Origin: Akkermansiaceae bacterium
GTDB taxonomy: Bacteria; Verrucomicrobiota; Verrucomicrobiia; Verrucomicrobiales; Akkermansiaceae
DNA length: 64,000 nucleotides
NCBI GenBank assembly: GCA_051251915.1
Contig: JBPOGF010000001.1
Location: 64,001-128,000 of the forward strand
Direction of reading: 5' to 3'
The notes under the pieces are model-generated. The model ran no database searches. It saw only the letters and a program-made list of their open reading frames with translations, and was not told where the DNA came from. Within the stretch, counting starts at the first letter, position 1, and every line of letters starts with the position of its first letter. This document shows, piece after piece, positions 40,761-52,200 of the stretch. Both the position numbers and the translations under genes were made by a program.

Positions 40761-41030
40761 ATGGCAAGATCAAGTTGGAAAGCGCGCAACGAGCGCAAGA
40801 AAAAAACAGTAGCTAAGTATGCACCACTCCGTGCTAAACTTAAGCAGGAAAAGGATTATATCGGACTCAGCATGCTTCCTCGTGATGCATCACCTACTCG
40901 TGTAGTGAACCGCTGCGAATACACAGGACGTCGTCACGGCTTCCTTCGCCGCTTCAAGCTATCACGTATTGCATTCCGCGAACTAGCATCACACGGGATG
41001 ATCCCGGGTGTAACTAAGTCTAGTTGGTAA
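40761..41030 (+). CDS. rpsN: 30S ribosomal protein S14, 89-aa zinc-independent type
   Basis: [38 protein letters not shown]...IPGVTKSSW. Confidence 0.97.
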   Translation: MARSSWKARNERKKKTVAKYAPLRAKLKQEKDYIGLSMLPRDASPTRVVNRCEYTGRRHGFLRRFKLSRIAFRELASHGMIPGVTKSSW

Positions 41031-41108
41031 TTTGCAATTTTACAAACTCACAATATTGTGATACACATTTCTGCGTAAGATGGGGTTATCTCTGTCTTAC
41101 GCATACTT

Positions 41109-41369
41109 ATGCCTCTATACGAATACATATCCGAGTGCCCTGATGACCCTGACAGTAGTTGTAGGGTATGTAGTAAGGGATTCGAACTCCGCAGACCGTT
41201 GGATAGACCGGCGTTAGAAGTCTGCCCGCTTTGCCGCCATGCTGTGAAGAAGCTGATCAGTAGGGTGAATTCACCTATGGTCGCAAAACCATTTTCAGTG
41301 ACTGATGCCAAGAAGGCAGGTTTCACTGTGCTTGAAAAACGCGATGAGGGCGTTTTTGAGAAGCAATGA
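41109..41369 (+). CDS. FmdB-family zinc-ribbon protein
   Basis: MPLYEY...CRVC...FE...CPLC...KLIS. Confidence 0.85.
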   Translation: MPLYEYISECPDDPDSSCRVCSKGFELRRPLDRPALEVCPLCRHAVKKLISRVNSPMVAKPFSVTDAKKAGFTVLEKRDEGVFEKQ

Positions 41370-41388
41370 TTTCTTTATTATATAACTA

Positions 41389-42810
41389 ATGAATCTATTA
41401 TTTCTCAATCCTCTCACATTGCTAGGATCTAGTAATGTACCAACGAGCTGGCCTACGTGGGGCGAATCTGGACTCTATGTATTAGGGGTGATTCTCTTTG
41501 TTGCTCTCAATGCTATTTTCGTAGCAGTCGAGTTTGCTCTGCTGAAGATACGTCTTAGTCAGGCTGAATCTCTAGTGGAGGAGCATCCTAAGAAAGCGGC
41601 ACGTATTGTAGCAGCTTTAGGTAATCTAAATAGTTATCTTTCAGCTTGTCAGCTCGGAATTACGATTGCCTCACTTATTCTCGGTCGTCTTGGTGAACCG
41701 TTTGTGATGAAGCTAGTGGGGCCTATTATGCATAGCCTCCCGTGGGATCTTTCGGATCAGTTCATGCACACCGTTTCCTGGTTGCTTGCGACTTTGTCCT
41801 TCTCTGCTGTTCATGTAGTGATCGGTGAGCAAGTGCCTAAGGTGCTTGCTATTCGCAAACCTACTGAGACCTGCCTGAGATACATTAATTTTCTTCATTT
41901 CTTCTATGTTATCTTTGGTAAGGCCGTGAACATGCTTAATAGTATCTCTAATTGGATACTGCTGAAAATGTTCAAAGTCGAGCCAGCTGGTCATGAGGAG
42001 GTTCACTCCGCTGAAGAGATAGCGCAGCTTGTGGAGATGAGTGAGAAACATGACGAAGTTACTGAGACTGAGCGTGAAATCCTGATCAATGCACTCGAAC
42101 TGAATGATGTCTTGGTAAAGGATGTGATGACTAATCGAAGAGATGTGATTGTTCTGGATGCTGATGACTCTATTGAGCGGACCATTGAGATAGCTGCTGA
42201 GACTAAACATACTAGATTCCCGCTGGTGAAAGGGCATTTTGACAATACAATTGGTCTGATTCATATCAAAGATTTCTTTAAAATTATCAACGATGATCAG
42301 CCTGACTTGATGAGTATTAAGCGCACACTTAAAGTGGTTCCGGAAACGATGCCGCTGGATGTATTGCTGAAATTTTTCCAGAAAGAACATGAACAGCTCG
42401 CTCTTGTGGTGGATGAACATGGTGATTCCTCAGGACTAGTCTTTATGGATAATGTGATCGAAGAGCTTGTCGGTGACATTCAGGATGAGTTTGATAACGA
42501 GACCAGCGCATTTACTCGCGTGAATGATAGTGAATTCGTTGTTGAGGGATCACTTACTCTGAACGAGCTTTCTGACCATGAGCCAAATCTGAATATAGTT
42601 AGCTCAGACGTGACCACTGTGGGTGGATATATCACCAAGGAATGCGGGAGTATTCCGGCGGTGGGTGAGGCGATAGAGATGGAGGGCTATGAGGCTCGCG
42701 TAACTAGCACTGATGGGCGACGTGTGGGGCAGGTGCATTTTACTAAGCTTGTGCCTGAGCTAGAAGGAGAAGAAGAGTTAGCAGAAGTGATCGTCGAGGC
42801 TAAATTATAA
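41389..42810 (+). CDS. CNNM/hemolysin-family protein (DUF21-CBS-CorC)
   Basis: NAIFVAVEFAL, CQLGITIASL, GEQVPK, HTRFPL, VVDEHG, IEELVGDIQDEFD and TVGGY. Confidence 0.93.
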   Translation: MNLLFLNPLTLLGSSNVPTSWPTWGESGLYVLGVILFVALNAIFVAVEFALLKIRLSQAESLVEEHPKKAARIVAALGNLNSYLSACQLGITIASLILGRLGEPFVMKLVGPIMHSLPWDLSDQFMHTVSWLLATLSFSAVHVVIGEQVPKVLAIRKPTETCLRYINFLHFFYVIFGKAVNMLNSISNWILLKMFKVEPAGHEEVHSAEEIAQLVEMSEKHDEVTETEREILINALELNDVLVKDVMTNRRDVIVLDADDSIERTIEIAAETKHTRFPLVKGHFDNTIGLIHIKDFFKIINDDQPDLMSIKRTLKVVPETMPLDVLLKFFQKEHEQLALVVDEHGDSSGLVFMDNVIEELVGDIQDEFDNETSAFTRVNDSEFVVEGSLTLNELSDHEPNLNIVSSDVTTVGGYITKECGSIPAVGEAIEMEGYEARVTSTDGRRVGQVHFTKLVPELEGEEELAEVIVEAKL

Positions 42811-42822
42811 GCTTGGTTGTTT

Positions 42823-43188
42823 TTAGACAGTGGAGCAAATCACGCCTATTGCCACGCTAAGGCAGAGAGTGAAGAAGATGAGATAGCGATCGGTCCACTT
42901 GAAGTCTTTTTTCCCGACGTAATAGAATCTCGCAATCATAAAGATCACCCCACAAGTGATCTTTAGAATCCATAACCAAAGGTGAAATTCTCGGGTGAGT
43001 GTGGCTTCAATAAAATCGCTAGCTGAAAAGAGTAGGAATCCAGCGGTAGCGATGTGGCAAGCGGTGCTGTGTCTAGGCTGTTTAATCACGACTATTTTCC
43101 TTAGTATTAGAGCTGCGATCAGCCAAATGATGGCCTCGGAGAAATTAAAGAATTGATAGAGATTCATGTATTTCATTGATGCTGACAT
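42823..43188 (-). CDS. Small four-TM membrane protein
   Basis: FNFSEAIIWLIAA...FLLFSASDFIE...WLWILKITC. Confidence 0.7.
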   Translation of the reverse strand: MSASMKYMNLYQFFNFSEAIIWLIAALILRKIVVIKQPRHSTACHIATAGFLLFSASDFIEATLTREFHLWLWILKITCGVIFMIARFYYVGKKDFKWTDRYLIFFTLCLSVAIGVICSTV

Positions 43189-43287
43189 AAGATAAGTGAT
43201 TGGGCAATCTGTGAACTTATTTGCAGATTGACTAATGCTTGAATATTACGATGATAAGTTTGCTTTCAATGTCGTTCTATCTTTATT

Positions 43288-46200
43288 ATGTCTAAAAAAC
43301 TCCTTATTTTTCTCGCGTCGTGTTCTCTCCAGTTGCCGTCAATGGCGCAAGTTGAAGCTGTTCAGCCTGATGCTAAATTACTCAAATACCATACGGTGTT
43401 ATTGAAGCGACCTGAGTCGACTGCTTTATTTCAGAGGTTCCAGACTGCTTGGCTGGCACAGTATCCAGAGCAGACATTAGAGAAATTTCTTAGAGAACAG
43501 TCAGTTGATTCAGCGGAAGGTAAGCAGCTTTTAGCGTATTACTTGTTACAGAAGGGTAGTGACATCGAGGCAAGTAAGGTTCTGAGTAAGGCGATAGCTG
43601 AGGAGGCGGGAAATCCGCAGTTATTGGTAGATAGGGCGCGTGCGTATGCTAGGCTGTTAGAATTCAATAAGGCACTTATGGATCTTGATGGGGCGTTGAA
43701 GTTAGCTGGGGATGATGAAAGCCTTACTCTGACGGTGAATAAACTGAAGGGGCGCTATTTGACAAGGCAGGGGAAGACGGATGAGGCGGTGGCGCATTGG
43801 CAGAAGCTGGTGAAAGAGAACCCGCAGGACCAGGAACTGAGTGAGGATGTGATCGATATCTTGATGGCGGACAGCTTGGCACCATCGGCGGTGAAACTAG
43901 CCAGAGACTTGCGTGATAATACTAAGGATCCGTATAAACGAGCACTAAGGACGCTCAGGATTAGTGATATTTTAGTGAAACAGGGATTGCGTGATGAGGC
44001 GTTGGAAACTTTGGATACTACACTTGAGTTGTCTGGTGCTAGTTCATGGCTTGAGAGGGAGATTTTAGGGCAAATCCAGGCGGTTTATAAACGTGAGGAT
44101 AATCTGGTGGGACTAACGACTCATTTAGAAAAATTATCGAAGGCGTATCCGCAGCGTGCGGCATTGAGGCTGAAGTTGGCTGAGGCATTTGGAGAAGCTG
44201 GTGACTATGAGAAGGCTAAGACGGTTTATCGAGATCTGCTCAAGGTTTCTCCGAATGATGAGGTGATGCGTACTGCTTATTTACAGTTGTTGATGCGTTC
44301 TGGTGATTACATGACAGCTAGACAGTTGATTGATTCCATGTTGAAAAACAATCCTACGAGTCCAGAACTGCATCTTCATAGGGCATCCTTGTCACACCAG
44401 TTGAAGGATAAGGAAGGGACGATTAAGAGTTTAGATAGTTATAAGAGTAATGTAGCTAAGAGTCATGTGAGTTCGCTGAAGTATGCGGAATTGCTGAAAA
44501 AATACGGGCATGATGCTGAAGCTGTAGCGGCTTATAAGAGTGTGATTACTGAATTTCCTGACTCGATCGTGGCGCAATTTAAAGTGGCGGACTTTTTGTT
44601 TCTAAGTGGAGACAAAGATGGAGCAAAAGAACTGTGGCTGAGTATTGCTAAGAAGGCGGATAAGACGAATATTGTGACCTTGTTAGAGAAGTTGGTTCAA
44701 AGTGATCAATTGAAATTAGCGAGTGAAATAGTGGCGGAGCATCGCGATCAATTTAAAACGAACGCAGCTTTTTTGATTTCAGCGATTCAAGTTTCTGAGA
44801 GAAATAAGCAACTGGATATCGCTCAGAAGGATGCTAAGTCACTGGTCATACTTTCTACACAGCCTATTGAGATTGATTCAGCAATCGCGACAGCATCGAG
44901 AATCATCGGTAAGTCATCTACTGCGGATGATGAGGTGAAACTGCTGAAGGCTAAAGCAACACGCACGGTCTCAGAGGAGTTTCTGCTAGCCAATCTTTAT
45001 GAATTAATCGGTGATGTGAAAAACTCTAATGAGATCATCACGGGCTTAGCTAGTTCTGAAGATCCGGTGGCTTTGTTACAGACAGCACGTATTTACGAAA
45101 GAAGATTTCAGTTGAGTAAGGCGGCTGAGACGATGGAAAAATTGATCACGCTTGCTGGTCAGCTCAAGGCAACGCACTTGAGGCATTTGAGCCAAATTTA
45201 CCAAAGAGGAGGTAATGGTGAGCTGGCGCTATCTACGATTCAGAAGTGGAAGAAATTGGCTCCTAACGACAAGCAGGTGTGGCTTGCTGAGGTTAGCTTG
45301 TTAGAACAAGTGAAAGGATCAGAGGCGGCGCTTGAGAGCCTGAGGAAAGGGGCGCAGAAATTTGAGAATGATACTGAGATTTATGCAAAGTTGGCGGATT
45401 TGAATCTTGATTTGGGACATTACTCGCAAGCTATTCTTCTTTATTGGAGGCTTTATGATGACTCTAATGATATGACTTCTCAGATTCGGTGGGCTTCTGA
45501 GCTAGCGAGGGCGCATCAGAATGATGGTAGGATGTCTGATCTGGTAGATGAACTGAATACGAGGAGGAGAAATTCACCAAAAGCAATCGCTCCTATCATG
45601 GCGTTGGCTGAGGTATACCGAGTCAATGATCAGATGGAAGAGCGTAGGAACTTACTTCTAGAAGCGACCCGACTCCGTCCTGATGAGGTTGGGATTCTTT
45701 ATGAGATAGCAAGTATTGATCACAAAGAAGGAGATCAGTCGAAGGCGATCGATATACTGCGAAAGGCTCAGAAGCTGGATAAAACAGGAACTGCGACGAA
45801 GAAGCTGGCACAGTTGTTGTTAGAGGAAGGGAATTTTGAGGAAGGATTAAGGGAGCTGACTAGTCTTGGAGATGGTAAAGATGATGCGAGGACTGTTGAA
45901 TCGATTGCGTTGAGTTTGATTTCTCAACAGGCTCATGATGAGGCTAAAGTGTATCTTGCTAAGCATTTGTTAGAGCATCCGGAGGACTGGAGGCTTAAAT
46001 TCATAGATTGTTTGTTAGATTACGAGCTTGGTTATGCACAGCGTAGTTTTGACACAGCCTTAGCGTTATTGGATGAATCTACACCACTTAAGAATATAAC
46101 CACTGGTTGGCAGGCAAATGTGGGAGCAAATGGGGGGATGATCGATTTCAAAGTTCTTCCGAAAGCTTATCAAACTTACTTTGTATTACCTACAGGCAAG

Positions 46201-49200
46201 CAGATGTTAGATCAGTTTATCCTTGGTGGTGGTAATATGTATTCCAGCTACTCGTATAGAAATAATGCTGGGTTGGTAGGATATTTGCCGCGGGATGAGG
46301 ATAGTTTGAAGGTGTTAGTTTATGCTCAGCTTGTGAACTTGCTGGATGAATTTGCTCCGAAGGAACAGGCCGAGAAAATAAAAATAATAGAGCAAGCTGG
46401 TCATAAGCAGATGGCTCTCTATACGGAGTTACTGAATGACAAGTCAGGTCAGAGTAATGGACGAAACTTTGGGATGCAGGAAGGGGCTGATGGTTTTCTT
46501 AAGAAAGCGCTGGTGAAGTATCCTGATGATAAATTTCTCAATAATTTACAGATGTTGCAGTTATTTTCGCAGATGCAAACGAAGTTGCCGAAAGAGCAGT
46601 TAGATAAGCTGTTGAAGTGGAATAAAGAGGAACCAGATTCTTATTTGTATGAAATAGCATCCGTATTCACTGATGAAGAAAGCAAACCAGAAGATTACCT
46701 CAAGGAACTGCTTGCTGAAATAAAAAAGGCAAAAGAGGTGTCAGATGTGAAGATGATGGCGGTCATGGTGGCGAGCCAGCATTACTTCATGGACAAAGAT
46801 AGCGGGATGCCAAAAGAGGTAGCAGATGTCTACCTGCGATATCAGGAAGAATCAAAAACTAAGGTCTCCTCAAACGCAGTAGGGGGAGCTTATGGATACA
46901 ATGTCAGTGCTTATGTAGAACAGGCGCTGAAGTTTATTTTATTCATGGGAGACGATTATGAGAAGATCGTCAAGGAACTCGAAAAGACTCAGTCTCAAGG
47001 AAGACAATATTACAGAGATAGAACAGCGGCTTTTCCTCCGCGAGGGTTAAGTAGTGTGAATGAAGCGCAGCTCGGGTTGTTATCAAAAAATCAATATGGA
47101 GGACCTAGTCTCAAGCCGAAGAGAGTAGGGGAGTCATTGAATCTCTTTAAAAATCCCGTTTTACGGTTGATAGCGAAACATTATGCAGATCCGAAGGCTG
47201 ATCTTTTACCTGATATTGAGAAGTTGAAGGGGCAGGAGAATTACGCAGCGGATGGGCATTTACTTCATGCTGGATTGTTACTTCGAGACGGTAAGCCACT
47301 AAAACTAAGAGTGGAGCAAATGGAGATGGCGAGGGCTAAATCTGTATCAAAAGTGCAGCGTCAGGAGCTGGATCAAACTATCTTAGCGGCAGCGCTAAGC
47401 TTTAAGACTGGGGAGGAGTTCAGTAAGGAGCTTAGTGAGGAGTCACAGGAGTCCATCCGAGGGACGGCTAGGCGGATGTTGCTCTCAAGAGCGATCACTG
47501 ATCCGACAGAGATCAACAATGTGTTAGAAAAACTTGGGATGCAGGCGGAATCAGCACGTTTCTTAACTAAGGATAAGCAATCAATTCGAAAGGCTATTGT
47601 GGCTAAAGGTGGGCTTACAGGGATGGTAATGTCATCAAGTGGAACGGTCCCACGTAGAACTAATAATACCACGAAAAGTGCGACACTTGCAGATAAGCTA
47701 AAGAAAGCGCAGCAAAAAAATAACGACAACTTAGCGATCACATTGCTGGAAACGGAGTTGAAAAAGCAGCTCAAGAGTAATAATGGAAATTACGAATTAG
47801 AGCAGACTAAATCGTTGATCCAAAGAGCTAAGTTGGGAGGAAAGATTTTAGAAAAATTCCATCCAAGGGACTCAACTAGTCCACGGAGATGGTTGAGCTA
47901 TTATCAAGTCGCTAAATTGTTAGAAAATGCCCAGGCGCAGCAACTGTCGATTGATTTTCTGGGAGGGCTCACGCATGTGCCGTCTCAGGGTAGGACGCCG
48001 TTGGCATTAGCTATTTATTCACAGAAGCCGGCTAAGGCTCTGGACTTGCTCAAAAAATCAAGGGATCTATCACCGGTTGTTTCTAAACTGATGGAGGATT
48101 TTAATTCGGTGAAATCTAAGCCTGTTCAATATTTAGCAGTCATGGAGTTCAGTGAGAAGTTCTTAGCAGAAGTGGATCCTGAGTCGGCTGCGGCTAGTCA
48201 GGTGAGTCAGAATCTGGATAGTATGATGAGTACTTACCTTTCTGTGAGTAGTGCTTATTACAGAGATAATAAACGTGAGTTGAATGCGGTGAAAGGCAAG
48301 TTAGCTGTCCGAAGGGAAACGGCATTCAAGGGATTATTAGAGCAATGTTTGAAATTTGGTTCGACCTCAGATCATGCTTTTAAGCTACTCCAGCATTTTG
48401 ATGGTGAGAAAGCTAAGCATGTGGATCAATTTATTGCTTATGCAAAATCTGGATTACTTAGCGCAGGGAATGGCAAGCCAGACATAGATTACGTGAATCC
48501 GACAATCTATAATGAGAACGCTGGTAGGATAGATTACTTAGTGAAGCATATCTTGAATGTTAAGAATACAGACGCTTTAGATGATGAGTATTTGAAGCAA
48601 CTATCGCTAGTGAATCCTCAGCTAGGGGCAAACTTGAGCATTATTAAACGCTATTTGTTGGCGGACGAGGCGGGGCTATTGGCTGGGATTAAGTCGATTA
48701 AGCACTCGGATGATTTGGTCATCTTTACGCATTGGAAGAATTTTCTAATGTTTAAGGGGTCTGCTAAGGTGAAGTTGGAATATGCCAAAGTTTTGTTAGA
48801 CTACATGGAGCATATCGATGAACAGGATCATGAATACTACAGGATGATTTATACTAGTCTGCAGTCGAATCCTAATAACGCAATGTATGGTGATGGTTTC
48901 CTGAAGGATGAAATCTCGTCAATCATCCCGATCTTGTTTGAAAATTCTCAGTTGAATAAGCTCATTAATCTAAATGATGGACTGGCTAAAAAAATCTTAG
49001 AAGGAGCAACGGATAAGCAGAAAGTATGGAAGCAGCATCAGAATACTTATTCATACACAGCGGGTGGCTTCAGAGTTATATTATTTAAAGCGTTGTCCCG
49101 ACAGCTATCGTTAAATCCGCTGACGCATGTGAGGAATGCTGATCTTTTAGCCAAGCATGAATATGTGATAGATGTAAATCGTTATAGCGGTTATAATAAT

Positions 49201-52200
49201 GACGATGTTTCTGATAGTCTTATCGAGTCACTAGTTTTGGCAAAAATCCTGACTTCGGTAGATGAGATTAAGTTAGAGAAGTTATCTAAGAAAACTGAGA
49301 AGAAAGAGGATATGTTTATGTCTGGATCTTCATCGCTTACGGCTAAGGATAAGCAATTTGACCAGTATGTAATTCAAGTCGTAGCGAGTGACTTTTCTTC
49401 GTATCAAAAACGTGAGAATTTTAAATTAAGAATGGCGTCGGTGCCGAAGAAACAAAGATACGGGGCTCAGTTGTTGCTCGCTGTTTCTGACAACATGGAC
49501 TTTGATGACTTTATTAGACAGAATGTGAAGGACATCCGTAAGGCCTCTAAAGAACATAAACTTGCTTTGGCTGAGATTTTCGATCTGAAGAATCAGGCGA
49601 AGCATCGGAGCTTTTTGAAGTCGAATAACTTTGGTGATTTATTACCAATGGAGAAATCTAATTTGGATCTTAAAAGTAGCCCTGAGACTGTTCAATTCTT
49701 ATCGAGGACTAAACCATTTGTTCAGAATGAATTTTATGCTGCGGAGACATTTATTAAGGAGTATATTCAGAATAATGTTTATACGGATTTGGAGACTACG
49801 TATAAGGTATTGGGACATTATGTCACTTTGTTAGAGAAGTCAAAGGGGGCGGGGCAGGCTCATTATAAAACGTCTGCTGATCATAGTAATTTCATTCAGG
49901 TCGCATTAACCGATAATGTTTTTGATAGTCTAAAGCGTCAAAAAGTAGATCAGCATTTATTGTTGAGGTTGGCGTATCGCCTTACAAAGCATCCTCTGCA
50001 TAACAAAATAGGCTTCCGCCTTCTCATAGCGACAACGATGCCAGCGAACTGGCATCAGTCCGTACCGGGTAAGAAAGGTCTCCCTGCGGTAGAAGTGATT
50101 CTGCTTGGTGCGGCTAAGAAATATAAGGCTTTAAAGAATGAAGATGAGAAAGCATTTTTCAAGGCGGCGTGGGGAGTTTATTTTACGAGTTACGAGTGGT
50201 ATCAAAAGTTGCATTTTGAGATAGGTTTTAAGCATGACTTCGTGCATGGCTTAGTTGAGAAGTATCCTAAGCATAATGAATTTTTTGAGATGGTAGATCT
50301 GCTGCGAAAATACGAATTTTACCCAGTGAATTATGCCTTATACTCATCTACGAAAGGCACTAACCTTAGAAAACAAGCACATACGAATCAGGACTGGTAT
50401 AGGAGTGTCAATAGCCCTGAGTTGGTAAAATTTGTATCTAGTCTGCCTCCATATTGTCGTGTGATTTATCTGTCTGCATTGACTAATAATAAGGGTTTCT
50501 TGCCATTTTTAGTACAAGATGAAGCATATGTTCCATTGTGTGTTAATTCTCTAAGTGATGCTGTAGAGGCAGATGCTGATATTGGTTATAGTAATGACTC
50601 TAGGTACTTACTGATGTTATATAAAGATCTGGGCGAGGTTGATGAGAAGTTGAAGGAGAAGTGGATGGATGCCTGTGAGACAATAGTGCTTAGCTTGATC
50701 CAGCATATTGATGAGCGGAATATGATTCACCAGAATCACTTTATCAACGCTTGTCTATCTTTGGCTATAAATGATGAGGGAGCTAAGAGATTAGATGCTA
50801 TTTATCAGAAACACCCCGAGAAGTTTTTGCATTTGAAAGATGTAGCTCAGATTTTCTTGGTCTACGGGTACTTGGATAATATCAAAGCGATTTTGCCGTC
50901 TCTTGGTAAAGGAGTATACCTATCACAGTTTGATAGGCTCTATCACACTGCATCGGTGGATGAAAATCTACCTAAGTTGCTCGCTATGTATGATTCAGAT
51001 GTTGAGAGGCTTGAGCTTCATGCATTGATGTTTATGAAGCCTTCCATCCAGATCACGGATAAGAACTCAAATCATTACGAGCGAGTGCAAGCTTTAGCTA
51101 AGGAGTATAGCAGAGTTATGAATCCTCAGAATATGAGGTTGTTGACGACGGTGTTTCACATCATTAACAAAGGGGCTTCTGCACAAGCGAGTGTGTTAAT
51201 GGGGGATTACTGGAAGGTACTTGAGAAAGCTAGGCCAAATTATTTCGAGGAGTATATAGCTTTGGCATTAAAAGGTGAAGGGGCCTTTCCGACTAGTACT
51301 GATGGCTATACCATGAGGGCTTATACTAAGTATTGTTTATTAACAAAGAGCAATGCAGCAAACATCAAATGGATGACAAATGCTGTGAATAAGACGTTCT
51401 CAAAAACTCCATTGCATTATAAGGCAAAGTTTTTCTTAGATAGTATTTTGGGGGCAGCTTATGAGACGATGCATGAACTCTATGCTGAAGGTAAGGATGA
51501 AGAACTTAAAAAGATCCTTCCTGTTATAAGAGCGATTAATAGCCTTACTGCTAAATATGATGGGACGAGGAATGCATCGTATTATTCTAGATACAGAGGG
51601 GCATACTATACGGGTAGATATAGCCCGATGGCGGTGAACCGGAACATTACGGCGTTTATTCACAATTCAGTAGGAGAAGTAAAGGCCTTTGAGCAATGGA
51701 AAAAGACGGTAAAGGGGAAACCTAAATCGCTATTATTAGCAAAGAGGAATCGGTTGCCACATGCGTATTCTACGGATATTTCTATATTAGGGTCCATCCC
51801 TGGTGAACCGCTGAATGAGAATTACATACAGTTTTTCAAGCGGCTATTTAACAATCAGTTTTATCAGCGATACGTGACTGAATGGCAACTGGAGTATGAT
51901 AATATTAGTGATATGGCAGACCGTGGGCAGATGACCTTTAAGCAAGGGCTAGATGTCTATGAGCATATCAAGATAGACTATAAGGTGCCGGCATTTGAGT
52001 CTGTTGTGATGCGAGATTTAGCACATTTTGAGGCTAGAGCTGGTAACCATGATAAAATGCTGAGTTATTATCAGAAGATGCATGAGATCCTGCTAAAGCA
52101 TCCGATTAAGAATCCTAGAAGTTACGTGAGAGGTTATCTGCACGCCATTGAAGACTTTGTAATCGCTAAGCGGTATGAGGAAGTATTGACCTTCGTGCCT

